A stretch of DNA of 64,000 bases from Raillietiella orientalis (Eukaryota): contig JAYWIR010000035.1 of the NCBI GenBank assembly GCA_036172245.1, positions 1,736,001 through 1,800,000 of the forward strand, in the 5' to 3' direction. Shown here piece after piece: positions 14,541-26,049 of the stretch; the first letter of the stretch is position 1, and every line of letters starts with the position of its first letter. The position numbers were made by a program, and so were the translations under genes. A model generated the notes under the pieces. The model did no database searches. It saw nothing but the letters and a program-made list of their open reading frames with translations, and was not told where the DNA came from.

Positions 14541-15429
14541 CGTCGGTTTCACGGCTGCAGCAACCGCCACAGAATGCGTTTACGCAGAAAACCGCGGCGT
14601 CTGGTGATGGACGAATTTCCGCAGAAAAGTGAAAATTCCACAGGAAGAAAAAAGAAAAGTTGCGAGGATCACAACTGAAAAGCCAGCGAGGTTCCTGTGG
14701 TCATCCAAAAGTTTAACCGTTCTGCTCAGTCCGGACTACCGCATCTGCCAGCCACAGGGCGGAGTTCCTTCCTGCCGTTCCCATAGTGAAGGGCTCAGAA
14801 GGCCGTTCCAAGCTGCCTTGCTCCCCGCTAGGTCGCAGAGAAAGGGTTGCCTCAGGCCCTGGGAAGTTCCTTCGCCCTCATGGACCCGTTAGAGGAGTGC
14901 TGGTATCTTTCGCCAATGCTGCCCTGGAACAAGCAGCAGCAACCTCCTGGAATCGTTCCCTCTTCCCTGTCTCCTCTTTGTAGATCCCAGCCAATGATAG
15001 GAGGGTGCCTGCCTTCTCCCTTTCCCTGCCTCCTCCCAGGACCTGAAGTCCAGCTGGAGGGACGAAGAAGAGCCTCAAGTCCCGTCAAGTGATCAGACGA
15101 GCTCCTAGAAGATGAACACCTCCTGGTTCCTTTCCTTCGCCGCCGCCGTTCCCTCTATAGCCGGTTTCCAGATGCTCCACGAGAGGACAGGTGCTTCGTG
15201 GTAAACGGCGAAGTTTTCGAAAGGCGGCAACCTCCGGTGACGAGAAAATGTCGTTCTTTTTCTTGTCCGTGCGTCCATTAAACTTTATGCATCCACTCCG
15301 GTCCACATGGTTGAGCCCTTCACGACCTCGAATCCATCTGCCTATGTCAATGCATTCACCGAAGCGTGGGGAAGAACCGTTCTTTCCAGTTGCCTCCAGA
15401 TTCTTGGTTCTTCGCAAAAAGAAACTTCG

Positions 15430-16260
15430 TCTTTAATGCCTTCCTTCCTTTGATAATTTCGCATCTCCTTCTCTTTTCTGATTTTCAGACTGATGATTCT
15501 TTTTTGGAAAACCAACTTGTGCCAAGTTTATAGCAAAAGAAGCTGGAAAAGCTATTATTGGACCACAACTCTCTTGAGAACCAAGCAGTACTCCAGACTG
15601 CCAGAATCCGAAAAGCAGCTTTCTAAACGGCGATAGAGCCAGGAAGCAGAGAAACTGAGGCGTATCACACCGTCCCTGGAAACCGTAGCTTTGTTTGAGA
15701 GGATCGATACGATCATGCTTCTCCATCATTTCTTCACGGATCCAGATTTCATCCACCAGACGTTGAGGTGAAAGTCTGCTTAGAATTTCAGGTAGCTCTT
15801 GCAAGTCCACTTACTCGTGTGGAAGCCTTATTCGCTCATGCTATACAGTTTGAATCTCCAACCCCTCACAGTTATGAATGGTTTCTCATCCATTTGGAGT
15901 TTAGAACTATTCTTCCCTCGAAAGTTACTTTCAAAGTACTAAAGCACTCTTCCTGCTACCTTCCAGTTGAGCTTAGGCTTTTGTGATGAACATCGAGGAG
16001 ATGCAGCCAAAATCCGACAAACACTTTCTCTCTAATCAGCAATGGAGCCAGAAAGTAGAGAAACTTAGATCTACTAGTTGAGCTTATGCATTGATAAACC
16101 CTATCGATCAGCAACAGTAGAACCAGGAAACGGTGATCCAGTTCTGGAATCCACCTGAAAAAGAAGATTCCAAATCTTCATAAGGCGTTTCTCTCTCCAT
16201 ATCGCTCACCTCTCCGTCTATGCTTCTGTTAGGATCTTGCGGCAGCACCGATTCCTTGCT
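15430..16260 (-). mobile_element. RLE-type retrotransposon C-terminal remnant
   Basis: IREEMMEKHDRIDPLKQSYGF resembles the KxxKY..L endonuclease tail; no intact frame. Confidence 0.3.
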
Positions 16261-18593
16261 TCACAGAAAATACCCTTGTCAAAGAGTCTAATCCTAAGTG
16301 GGTTTCAGAATGTAAAGTCCCTATCTTGCTTTACGTAGATTATTGTCCAACAGAATTGCTTGAAAACATGTTAGTTCGTTTATTTTCTCTCCATTTCTGT
16401 GTCTTTTCTTATTATCCTTGTTAACTGTAACCTGTTCCTGTGTTTTATAGGAAGGTTGTAGATCTGGTTGTACATCTTCCATAATACATATCGTTTGGGC
16501 ATCACGTGGCTACTTAAGATGAAAATGCTTCAAAAGTATTTTTGTGTGTGTGTTAATTCGTTGATGAGTGGATCTTTTGCTTCCGTCTTCACTTTTAAAA
16601 TCCTTGATTTCATTTTTGCGTTTAAGGATTGGATTGCCTCTTTTTATTAGTTTCTGCTTTCATTCATCTTTCATAGTTGCGAGAAGCTGAAAAAGGCAGA
16701 TTTTATTTGCAAATGTCTCATAAATCAACGCCAATTAATCCTTTTACTGGAATCCATGTTTCTACATGCGAATAGAAAGTGAGATGACCCCCCTTACGTC
16801 ATTTGGTTTTATAAATCATTATACAGTACAGTTTTTCTTCAGTTTTCTGTAAACATTTGTCATAAAATGTTCGAGGAGACTGCTTGGTGCTTAAAAACAT
16901 CGGCTTCATTTCTGGATTTCACAATGATTCACTGAAAACAGTTATTTGTGGTTTTGCCAATTTAAAGCAACTTTTACCTCTTTTCTCGACTGCTGTTTTT
17001 CATACCTCATCAGACAGGGGTCTTGCTGGATAATAAATTTTAAACAGAAAATCTTTCCTTGTCGATCACGATCGCTAATCAACGCTTAGTTTCCACTACT
17101 TTTTCTTAACTATTTTTCAGTTATTTATCCGGAGTCGATAAATATTTCTATATTCGATAGCCGACTTTGTGAATAAACAGATTTCGGATTTGTAATACTT
17201 ATGATATCTTTTGAAATATATTTTTCATGTTCAGTGTTGAAATTTTTCCTCGCGAAGTATTCAATTAGCCGCCAAATTGTGCCTCATCATTTGTTAAGAA
17301 ACTTATTATTATATAAACCTTATTCGTTAAGACAATAAGTAGTGCTCTTTGGAAGGAAAGTGATCTTCTACAATGGATCAGATTGAAAAATGGTTCCAAT
17401 TCTAACCGAATATTTTCATTTGTAAATATACTAACAAATATTAATCCTATCTCTGAAATGCACCTTTTAATTTATTCCCATTTGTGCAGACTGCATAGAC
17501 TACATACACTATCATTTCGTTATTTATGCATATCTAACTATGTGATGGTGAAGTTGTTTCAATGAATTATTCATATCTTTTTCAAGAATCACATGTAAGA
17601 GCTTATTAACTTTTTGTTTCATTAAAAGCTGGATTAGAGGTTTGGAAGAAAATTTCGAGTTTCTGAAGGTTTGGTCTGATATTTTTGATGGTCTTAGGTC
17701 TTTGGTGGAGACACACACACAATATCTGAGCAAAATACATAAATCATGAGAAATTTGAAAATAAATAAAGTGGAGTCATCACTATAAGGTTTATAGTCTT
17801 TGGAATTGTAACCGTGATTTAATAGGGAATAGAAAACCCGGCATCGTCGTGAACATTCTCTAACATTTACAATACCATGTGGAGTTTCACATGTCATGGC
17901 AAACTATCATTAACAATTACGAAAGTTGTCGACATCATACCTGATCTGTAATGTCGAATTGCTTTGTGGAAAGCAAATATCAACCAATCTCGAAAAGTGA
18001 ATCTTCGTGATTTCGTGATAAAATAGTGCTAACGGCAGTGGGTTTTTCTGTTTTCATAGCTGATTAATTTATGTTTGTATTTTTAAGTTGGATGCTACTT
18101 GCTTGACTTGATTTCGATAAGTCTGTCAATTGGCATTTTAAAGTGAATTTGTAAATCCACATGATTAAAGTGTAAAAAAACTCAATTTCCTATAGATTGG
18201 TTTAAAAGACTATTAACCATGGGGAGCCGTTTTATTTTATATTGCATTGCAAGTTTAATTGTGGTTTGTATGTGTTTTTTCTTTATTTAATAAGACATTG
18301 AACTATTCTTGCTCAAGGAATACTTGATGTCATTGTCCTTTATAAAAATGGCGACTCTGTGTGCACATAAGCGGCTATAAACCCACTAATTCGTTTTTTT
18401 TATGATTATTGGAAAAGGTGTAATCGGCTTCGTTTTTAATTCAGTGTTGGAAAGGTGTTTCAAGGATCCGAAGTAACACTTGTGATTTTTATGTGAACAA
18501 ATTTCTCAAATAGTGTCGTTAGCAAATTACCGACGCAGATAACATTGTCAAATGCTTTCCAGTTTCGCTCTTTATTTTATTGAAGTGTTCAGA

Positions 18594-18680
18594 GTACATA
18601 TGTATACGTGCGTATGTATGTATATGTATATAAATATACAGATATACATTCATACGCCTATATGTATGTAAGAATGTGTG
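18594..18680. repeat. Degenerate (TA/TG/CA)n microsatellite upstream of GSK-3
   Basis: tacatatgtatacgtgcgtatgtatgtatatgtatataaatatacagatatacat...tatatgtatgta. Confidence 0.6.
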
Positions 18681-19132
18681 TGGTGTATGGTTATAAGGTT
18701 GTCCATTAATGACTTAAAGATTGCCATGTTATGCATATGAAGGAAGGGTTAATCGTTTTTCATGGACAGAGTGTCCTTCATTTAATGTCAAGATATTTCA
18801 TGTATTCATCCTATAATGCACCATTTTAATCTTGTCTATTCACCAGTGAAATCATGTAGTTCGTAGAATTGAGTTCGGAGAAAAGTGATACTTTTGACAG
18901 ATGAAGTGACAGTCGCAAACATTGGATTCGTATCATGTCGAAACCTCTTTATTTAGTGTTTACTTTGGAAGACATTGTATCAACACACATGAATTTTTGA
19001 TAGTGAAATACAAACATGGACTGAATAGAGGTGATTAAAACATCAAAAATTTCAGTAGATTTGGGATGCAGTAACACGTTTTAAATTCTCATAGCTTAAG
19101 AATATCTCAAGCCAGTTGTTGCCTTAGAGACA

Positions 19133-22100
19133 ATGTCTAGTAGGACCAGATTCAGTGAGAATATTAATCAACCTTTTACAAATCCTTCTCATCCGGCAAG
19201 AGTCAAGTCGAGTAGTAAGTTATCGCTTTCATCTATTTCAAATTATAAATCCATGATGGATGAAATACCCATATATTAACGTTATTTGTTTTTGTGTATT
19301 TAAGGCAAATTTGTATTCATTTTTTCCTTGACACCCTTCTATGAGGTCATATGCATATGTTCTCCCCGATCATCATACATTTGCATTGTTTAAATAATAT
19401 GCTCATTGTTTTCATTATAATTTGTTCATGATGCAATTTGTCGTCAATCATCTGATCACCGATTTGAAATTCATTTTATGTTATATTGCACTAAACAGCA
19501 TATTTTGCTAGAAAGCCCCTTTTTGTATATCCAAGTTTGCATTGATGTACCATAATTTTGAATGTTTGTGTTAGAATATTTCTGAGCCTTAAGGTTTGAA
19601 AGCTCTTTTAAGATAGGCATATCTATTGATACATAACATGCGTTTCACATTGTGTAAATATACTCTAATAACATATATATACGATAGTAATATAATTTAT
19701 GATTTTGTAATGTTATGTATGCTCACTGCATATAGATTTGTGGTCAATAATTTTGAGTAATGGCTTTCAACCAGTTTTAATTCTTCATGGAGAACTTGAA
19801 AAATTGTTGTAATTTTATTTTATTTTAGTTTTTTGATGTCTTTTGTGTCAAATAAAAGTAAACATTCCCTTGCAGTGTTGCTAAGTCTGTTAGTAATCAG
19901 AAGGCTTTTTTCTGATACTTTGTTAATTCAAAACTTTGTTGCCTTTGTCTGAATTATTATTTTTCACTGAATTTTTAGCAAATTGTCTTGTGAATGCTGT
20001 ATTTTTGTAAATAAGTACTTGTGTAATGAGTGCATAACATGTCTCAAGACTTGTAATGTAGTATCACATAGGTAATTAACTTTTAATATTATTTATTTAT
20101 GTACATCCTTACATATTTTCCTGTATTATTAATTTTTCAGGTACTTCTAGTTTCTTTCCAGTTAGATTCTGAGCATGTTTCATATAAGTTGGTTGTAATC
20201 AAAAAAATAGTTGGTAGCATTTTCCATGAATTATGCCCATATTTATCCATTTAAAAGTGTGTTGTTTAGATCAGCTTCCATTTTTTTTGATAACAAATGA
20301 AACACAAAATTCCTATTGTGCTTGTTTGTTTTTTATGGAGAAGAACACTTTAAGTTTGCAGTTTAAGTGACTAGTATACATTGTACGAATTGTTTAAAAA
20401 TTGCATTAAAAAGTGCACAGAGATTCTAGCCTTAGTTACATAGATTATTCAATTTGTTCATCCTGTGCCAAATTCCAGAAATCTTGCATCATAATCTTGC
20501 ATCTTTATTTACCTTATGCCTTTTGACATGCATCTGCAAATTTTTTCAAATGTATCAAAAATACTCAGGTCATAACAAAAGCAACTGTCAGCCTTTTGTC
20601 TTTATTTTTTATTATGTTTTCTGAGTAATACCAAAATCAGAGTTGAGTGCACTTATGGTTGCTCAAATACATACTCCAATAATTTTCTAGAGTGTCCCAT
20701 CTGGATCTTTTTTTAGTTTGTTTTTAAAAAGTAGAAACCAATTAGTTAATAATGTATTACTAAAATTACATAGACAAGAAGGAAACAAAAGGAAATTTAA
20801 TAAAAGAGTTTTTTTATTTTGGATTTTTCTAGTTGTGTGTGAGAATGATAAGGGTCATCTTATCGTTTTATGTTTTTATGCATCTCATGACAGAAAACTT
20901 AAAAATTTTGTCGTGGGACTTTGTTATTTGAACATGGTCAGAAAAATTTTTGTTACACACACCATTTAATATGTAAAGGAATACACCTGTTTAAGTAGGC
21001 AGCAAGTATCAGTGAAACAAAATGAAGTACAAATCTAAGTTAGACTTATCTTGATAGTAGTAATGGAAAAATGAGATTCATTGTTCTATGATCCAGTTAA
21101 GTACCATATGATAATGACTTTTCCAGCACTTGTGATGTGCAACATGTAATGTTCTTTTTCCATTAGATAGCAGTACTAGTTCCAATAAACAGATCACTAC
21201 GGTAATTGCAACTCCTGGCCATGGAACTGACAAGCCTCAGGAAATTTCTTATTCTGATACCAAAGTTATAGGGAATGGAAGTTTCGGTGTAGTATATCAG
21301 GCGAAACTATGTGATGTAGGTGAATTGGTGGCCATAAAGAAAGTACTCCAGGATAAACGTTTCAAAGTAAGTTGTTTGCACTCAGTAGTTATTTTGTAGT
21401 TATTGATTGGGCACAGATAACTATTGGTTTGCAATTTTAATCAGAGATGAAGCATTTTTATAATTTGTTTGACAATTCTAGAATCGGGAGCTGCCTATTA
21501 TGAGGCGGTTGGATCATCAAAACATTGTTAAGTTGAAATTTTTTTTCTATTCAAGTGGAGAAAAGGTAAAATGGATGCCAACTAGCAGTATATTGAATTA
21601 TATTTTGTAGAAAGATGAAGTTTATCTTAATCTTATGTTAGAGTATGTACCAGAAACAGTTTATCGTGTTGCCCGCCATTACAGTAAGAGCAAAGCATCA
21701 ATGCCTATGCTAACAGTTAAGGTAATGTGAGAATTTGACTCCGAAGGTGATTCACAATCTGCATTTACAGCTGTATATGTATCAGCTGTTTCGCAGTTTG
21801 GCCTATATCCATTCCTTAGGCATTTGTCATAGAGATATCAAACCTCAGAATTTGTTGGTAGATCCCGAAACTGGAGTTCTCAAGCTATGTGATTTTGGAA
21901 GTGCCAAGCTTCTAGTCAAGGGAGAACCTAATGTCTCCTACATTTGTTCCCGATACTATCGAGCACCCGAACTTATTTTTGGAGCTACTGACTATACCAC
22001 CAACATAGGTGAATATAAAATAAAAAAATACCTAAGTAAAACCTTCATAGATGTATGGAGCGCGGGCTGTGTCTTCGCTGAGCTTTTGCTTGGACAGCCC

Positions 22101-22690
22101 ATTTTCCCTGGGGATAGTGGGGTGGATCAACTAGTAGAAATAATTAAAGTATTGGGCACACCAACAAAAGAAGAGATTTTCGAGATGAATAGGAATTATA
22201 CGGAATTCAAATTCCCGCAAATTCGTGCTCATCCTTGGCAAAAAGTTAGTTACTGCTCAATTTATTTGCTTCTGTAAAATTTTGAAATTAGGTGTTTCGT
22301 GCCCGGACTCCACCAGAGGCTATAGACCTAGTATCCCGTCTGTTAGAATACACGCCTTCAGCACGCTTATCTCCTCTTCAGGCCTGTGCTCATGCTCTTT
22401 TTGATGAGCTGCGTGATCCCCACACACGTTTATCTAATAATCAAGAACTTCCCCCTCTCTTCAATTTCACAGAAGCTGGTGAGTATTCCTTAACAGGTGT
22501 TTATTGCTGAATGGTTCATCCGTTTTCAGAGTTGAAAATTCAGTCCTCTCTAAATAGTACTCTGATTCCTCCCCATGTTAGAGGTCAGACATCATCAGAT
22601 TCCCAGGACTTTGCTGGCACTTCTAATACAGTGCCAGAAGACGAAGTAGTGATGCCAGATTCTACCCATTCATTAGGAGGCATCTTGTAG
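19133..22690 (+). CDS. GSK3B: Glycogen synthase kinase-3 (GSK-3 beta/shaggy), 8 coding exons: 19133-19214, 21167-21366, 21482-21565, 21611-21721, 21771-22008, 22051-22244, 22292-22478, 22530-22690 (1257 nt, 418 aa)
   Basis: Manual splicing at GT..AG sites gives one continuous frame: [10 protein letters not shown]...[15 protein letters not shown]...[20 protein letters not shown]...EYVPETVY...HRDIKPQN...CDFGSAK...[14 protein letters not shown]...DVWSAGC...[15 protein letters not shown]...GGIL*. These are diagnostic GSK-3 motifs. Exon 1 is assigned from resemblance to the GSK-3 N-terminus, a GTAAGT donor and correct phase. Confidence 0.96.
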
Positions 22691-22908
22691 CTTCCCTCAA
22701 TTATGTTTTCTTTTAGCAGCACAATTTTAACTTGTTTTAGTTGACATCTTTTATATTGATATGAAGTCTGTTGACCTGCAAGCATGAATGGATCGAACAG
22801 AGTTGTTCTTGCTAGTCTAAAAATTTTGCAAGTGCCCCATTTCTTTTACAGTGGACAAATTCATCACAGTGATGATCTGATTTACAGCTTGTCTGTACAT
22901 ATCACAGA

Positions 22909-22914
22909 AATAAA
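22909..22914 (+). promoter_or_regulatory. Candidate polyadenylation signal AATAAA for GSK-3 (a second one at 23040-23045)
   Basis: AATAAA about 220 nt after the stop codon, followed by GT/T-rich sequence (gtgtgttttaac). Confidence 0.55.
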
Positions 22915-24064
22915 GTGTGTTTTAACTTGATCCAGTTGGCAAATCAGTAAACTGATTTTCAAATTTGATTATCAATGATTGTGATGCCAAGAAATTCATA
23001 TTTTTATTCTCGTTTTTTGTGTCTGTAAAATATTGTTATAATAAATTTATATCAGTGTATACAATGGTGCTTTCTGTAAAAGTTCTTTGAGAATTAGAAT
23101 CGAAGAAGTTGGTTTTGATGGTACATCAGATGCATCGTTTATCACAAAATGCCCCGATTCATCGATGTTGATCTCTCTTTTATCTCCCGCTCAAAAAAAA
23201 AAAGAAAGTGTTCGTGTGAGAAGTGCAAGTGCACACATGCATGTGAAAACAAAGAAAGGTATGAAACTTTGCTGATGCAAGTCCATTATGACACAGTTGT
23301 ACAAATCAAACGTATTTTTGGCTTACTCCCTACACCTCATTTGCACGTAAGCATGCCGTCTTTGCATCACTGCGCAGAAAGGAAACACTATGGAAAAGAC
23401 GAAGAAAAGTGTACCCGAAAAAAGAACAGGATACGTTGCCAATATTCCCTTACGCTTATGTAGTTTGAGGAGATTTCTTTAATTGCTTGAAGTGCAACTC
23501 ACTGGGCGAGGGATGGTAATTTTTATTGGCGGAGCGATCGCTCATGCTTACTGGGCTCGTTATCAATGCAGCAGCAGCAGACGACTGCTGCAATCGAGAA
23601 TTTCACGCGTTGATGCTGCAAGGAGCTTGAAAACAGGAAAGAGGCACGATGCGCTGTTTCGGCAAATTAAATTAAGTACAGGGGCGATTTTGAGGGCGAA
23701 GACGAGGTGCTGGCGAAGGGGTCTAGCAAATATCAGCAAATGGGATGGAGGGAAAAGTACACAAACAGCTTTCCTAAAGTCGAAGCTTCGTCTATGCTAT
23801 AATCCTGTAGACTTCAAAAACGTAATTTTTTTTTTTTTTTTACCGTGTCAATTCGTGTTCCGATTCGGGAAAACCGACAACACGAGTTGGCACTTGGCGG
23901 TAGCTGTCAGTGTGAGATTTCTTCAGTCAACTTGATCAATTTCTCTGGATCAAGAACAACGCAGCTCAGCCATTCTTTCCGCTTTTCACACGCGTGCAAG
24001 ACGATGTGAATGCTTGAGATTTGCTGAAAACCAACTGGAGATAAAGTCATTTCTGTTTCAGATT

Positions 24065-24070
24065 TTTATT
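24065..24070 (-). promoter_or_regulatory. Candidate polyadenylation signal AATAAA for GTPBP1
   Basis: TTTATT on the + strand, about 270 nt downstream of the GTPBP1 stop. Confidence 0.5.
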
Positions 24071-24342
24071 GTCTACTGAGAAAATCACAAATGCATTCCT
24101 CCAGTGCTACTTTGATGGTTGGTTCCAAACAGAGATCCTCCTGCAGCAATGCGTGTAACAACATAAAAGTATGCCTCGATGCTTTCCGAAAACAGACGAC
24201 CACAAGGTACCTCGGAAGAAATGCCATGTAATACGTGGAAAAACAAGCACAGCAACCTGTTCTTCTTCTGCTTGTCCTAGTACTAACTTTGGAGTTACAA
24301 AAATATCCTCCCTCTGATTACATGGTTACAATAAATAGACCT

Positions 24343-26049
24343 TTACTTTCTTGTGCAGGATTTCTTCGAAAATGCCATCAACCTTTCTTCCTCGTTCTTT
24401 CGCAGGCATTTCATTCGGAGTGGTGGCAGGTTGCTAGTCGTCGGAAACAGCCGTGTAATGTTTCCCACGGCTTTGGTGCGACCCTCACGGAAAACAAGTC
24501 TCTGGCCGATCTTGAGGTACTCAGGATGTTTCAAGAAACGGAATCGAACTATGGCCCGGTCTCCAGTGCGCAGGCATTCCTCCGACATGTATACAATTGA
24601 TGCTGTCTGGCGGATGCTACCACAGTGTACCATGGCTTGGTAGCGGATGCTTATGGTAGTAGGATGATGCAAAACAATGATTTCACCTTCAAATTCGCTG
24701 CTGGCAATGGGCGATATAGAAGGAGATAACAAAACCATTCCTTTACGCATGTGCGATCGTTTGACTTTTTTAAGTGCGAAAGATGCTGTTTGACCTCCAT
24801 GGACTTGCAGCACAGGCATCCTCTTGCGTTGGATGCTCTTTATGACCACAGGTATAAATACACCCAAACTGTTTGGACCAAGAAGCAACGTGTCATTAGT
24901 GTGTATCGTTCCTTGCATTGTAGTGCCAGCCACAACTGTACCAACACCAGGTACAGTGTAGGTCTCGTCAATTTGGAATTCCGCAGGTTCCAAGTCCTTG
25001 GATGGGCCTCGAGGGTTCAGGAGGTTCAAAAACGCATGGAGAAGATCAAGATTAACTCCAGTTACGTTGGAGACTTGGAATATGGGGCAAAGCCGTTGAG
25101 AGACGAAACTTGTAGCACTCAGTATCACATCCTCGCAACTTCGAACGAGCATAGGCACTTTGCGACAACCTGGAGATTTGAGGAGACGGAAAAGTAAATT
25201 CAGGGTATCTTGAAGTATGTTGGGTGGGCACATGTCGATCTTTGTTATTACAACGAAAACTGGCACACTGAGAGCCAACGCTAAACCGAGATGTTCTTTA
25301 GTCATACCAATTATGCCAGAATTAGCTCCAATCATTAGCATGACGAAATCAGGGGCATGGCCAGTCATCCCAAATACCGTCGTTTTCAAGTAACGTTCGT
25401 GGCCAGCCAAATCAATGAAAGTAATAACTTTCGTGGACTGCTCACAGATTTTGACCCAGTCGAGAATCCCATGCTCTGATTTATTAACTACTTCGCCCTG
25501 ACTATCAAAACCCAAAATATCATTGCCAACGGAACTCGTTCTTCCTGATTCCATCTCATGCTTATGCCTAAACAATTTCTGCCTCGCAAGACCTCTTCCA
25601 TTATCTAACAGACTATGAGTTAGAACGCCTAACAGGGTTGACTTTCCAGCATCCACGTTTCCCACAACGGCCACACGAACTTCCACAAAGTCATTTTCCG
25701 GAGCTTTCTTTCTGATCAAGTAGTGTTGGATTCTGAGATTACGGTTGGTTTTCTCTTGCAGAAAGACGCAGTTGGCATCCAGAGCATATGCCAGCCCACG
25801 AAGAGTTTCCACCGATGAGTTCAAATCATCAGTCTCCAAGCCAGACGTTTCTTCTGCATTGCCGACACCAACACTGTAAATAGTTTCTCCATGACCCTCT
25901 TTAAGGCGTTCGCTCAAGTCTTTCAGCAAAGCTTCAAGTAAGTGTTTATCCGGATCAACTAATATTCTGTTACTGTTTACCAGAAATTTGGATTCCAAAG
26001 ATGAAAATTCAGAGAGACTGGCAGTATCGTTTGCTCCAGCAACGATCAT
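24343..26049 (-). CDS. GTPBP1: GTP-binding protein 1 (translational GTPase, eEF1A-related), single coding exon, 568 aa
   Basis: Uninterrupted ORF with G1 [32 protein letters not shown] (GTPBP1-type), G3 DLAGHE, G4 TKID, and EF-Tu-like domain II/III motifs ([26 protein letters not shown]). Confidence 0.95.
   Translation of the reverse strand: MIVAGANDTASLSEFSSLESKFLVNSNRILVDPDKHLLEALLKDLSERLKEGHGETIYSVGVGNAEETSGLETDDLNSSVETLRGLAYALDANCVFLQEKTNRNLRIQHYLIRKKAPENDFVEVRVAVVGNVDAGKSTLLGVLTHSLLDNGRGLARQKLFRHKHEMESGRTSSVGNDILGFDSQGEVVNKSEHGILDWVKICEQSTKVITFIDLAGHERYLKTTVFGMTGHAPDFVMLMIGANSGIIGMTKEHLGLALALSVPVFVVITKIDMCPPNILQDTLNLLFRLLKSPGCRKVPMLVRSCEDVILSATSFVSQRLCPIFQVSNVTGVNLDLLHAFLNLLNPRGPSKDLEPAEFQIDETYTVPGVGTVVAGTTMQGTIHTNDTLLLGPNSLGVFIPVVIKSIQRKRMPVLQVHGGQTASFALKKVKRSHMRKGMVLLSPSISPIASSEFEGEIIVLHHPTTISIRYQAMVHCGSIRQTASIVYMSEECLRTGDRAIVRFRFLKHPEYLKIGQRLVFREGRTKAVGNITRLFPTTSNLPPLRMKCLRKNEEERLMAFSKKSCTRK

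Noticed and set aside
23090..23950. Possible RT remnant between the convergent 3' ends of the two genes
   Set aside because: Motif similarity too weak to call without a search.
24300..24346. Possible terminal intron (GTAAAG...AATCAG) extending the GTPBP1 C-terminus
   Set aside because: About 33 nt, shorter than any supported intron here; all conserved domains end before the in-frame stop.
24353..25197. Plus-strand ORFs overlapping GTPBP1
   Set aside because: Antisense shadow frames of the real CDS with no independent features.
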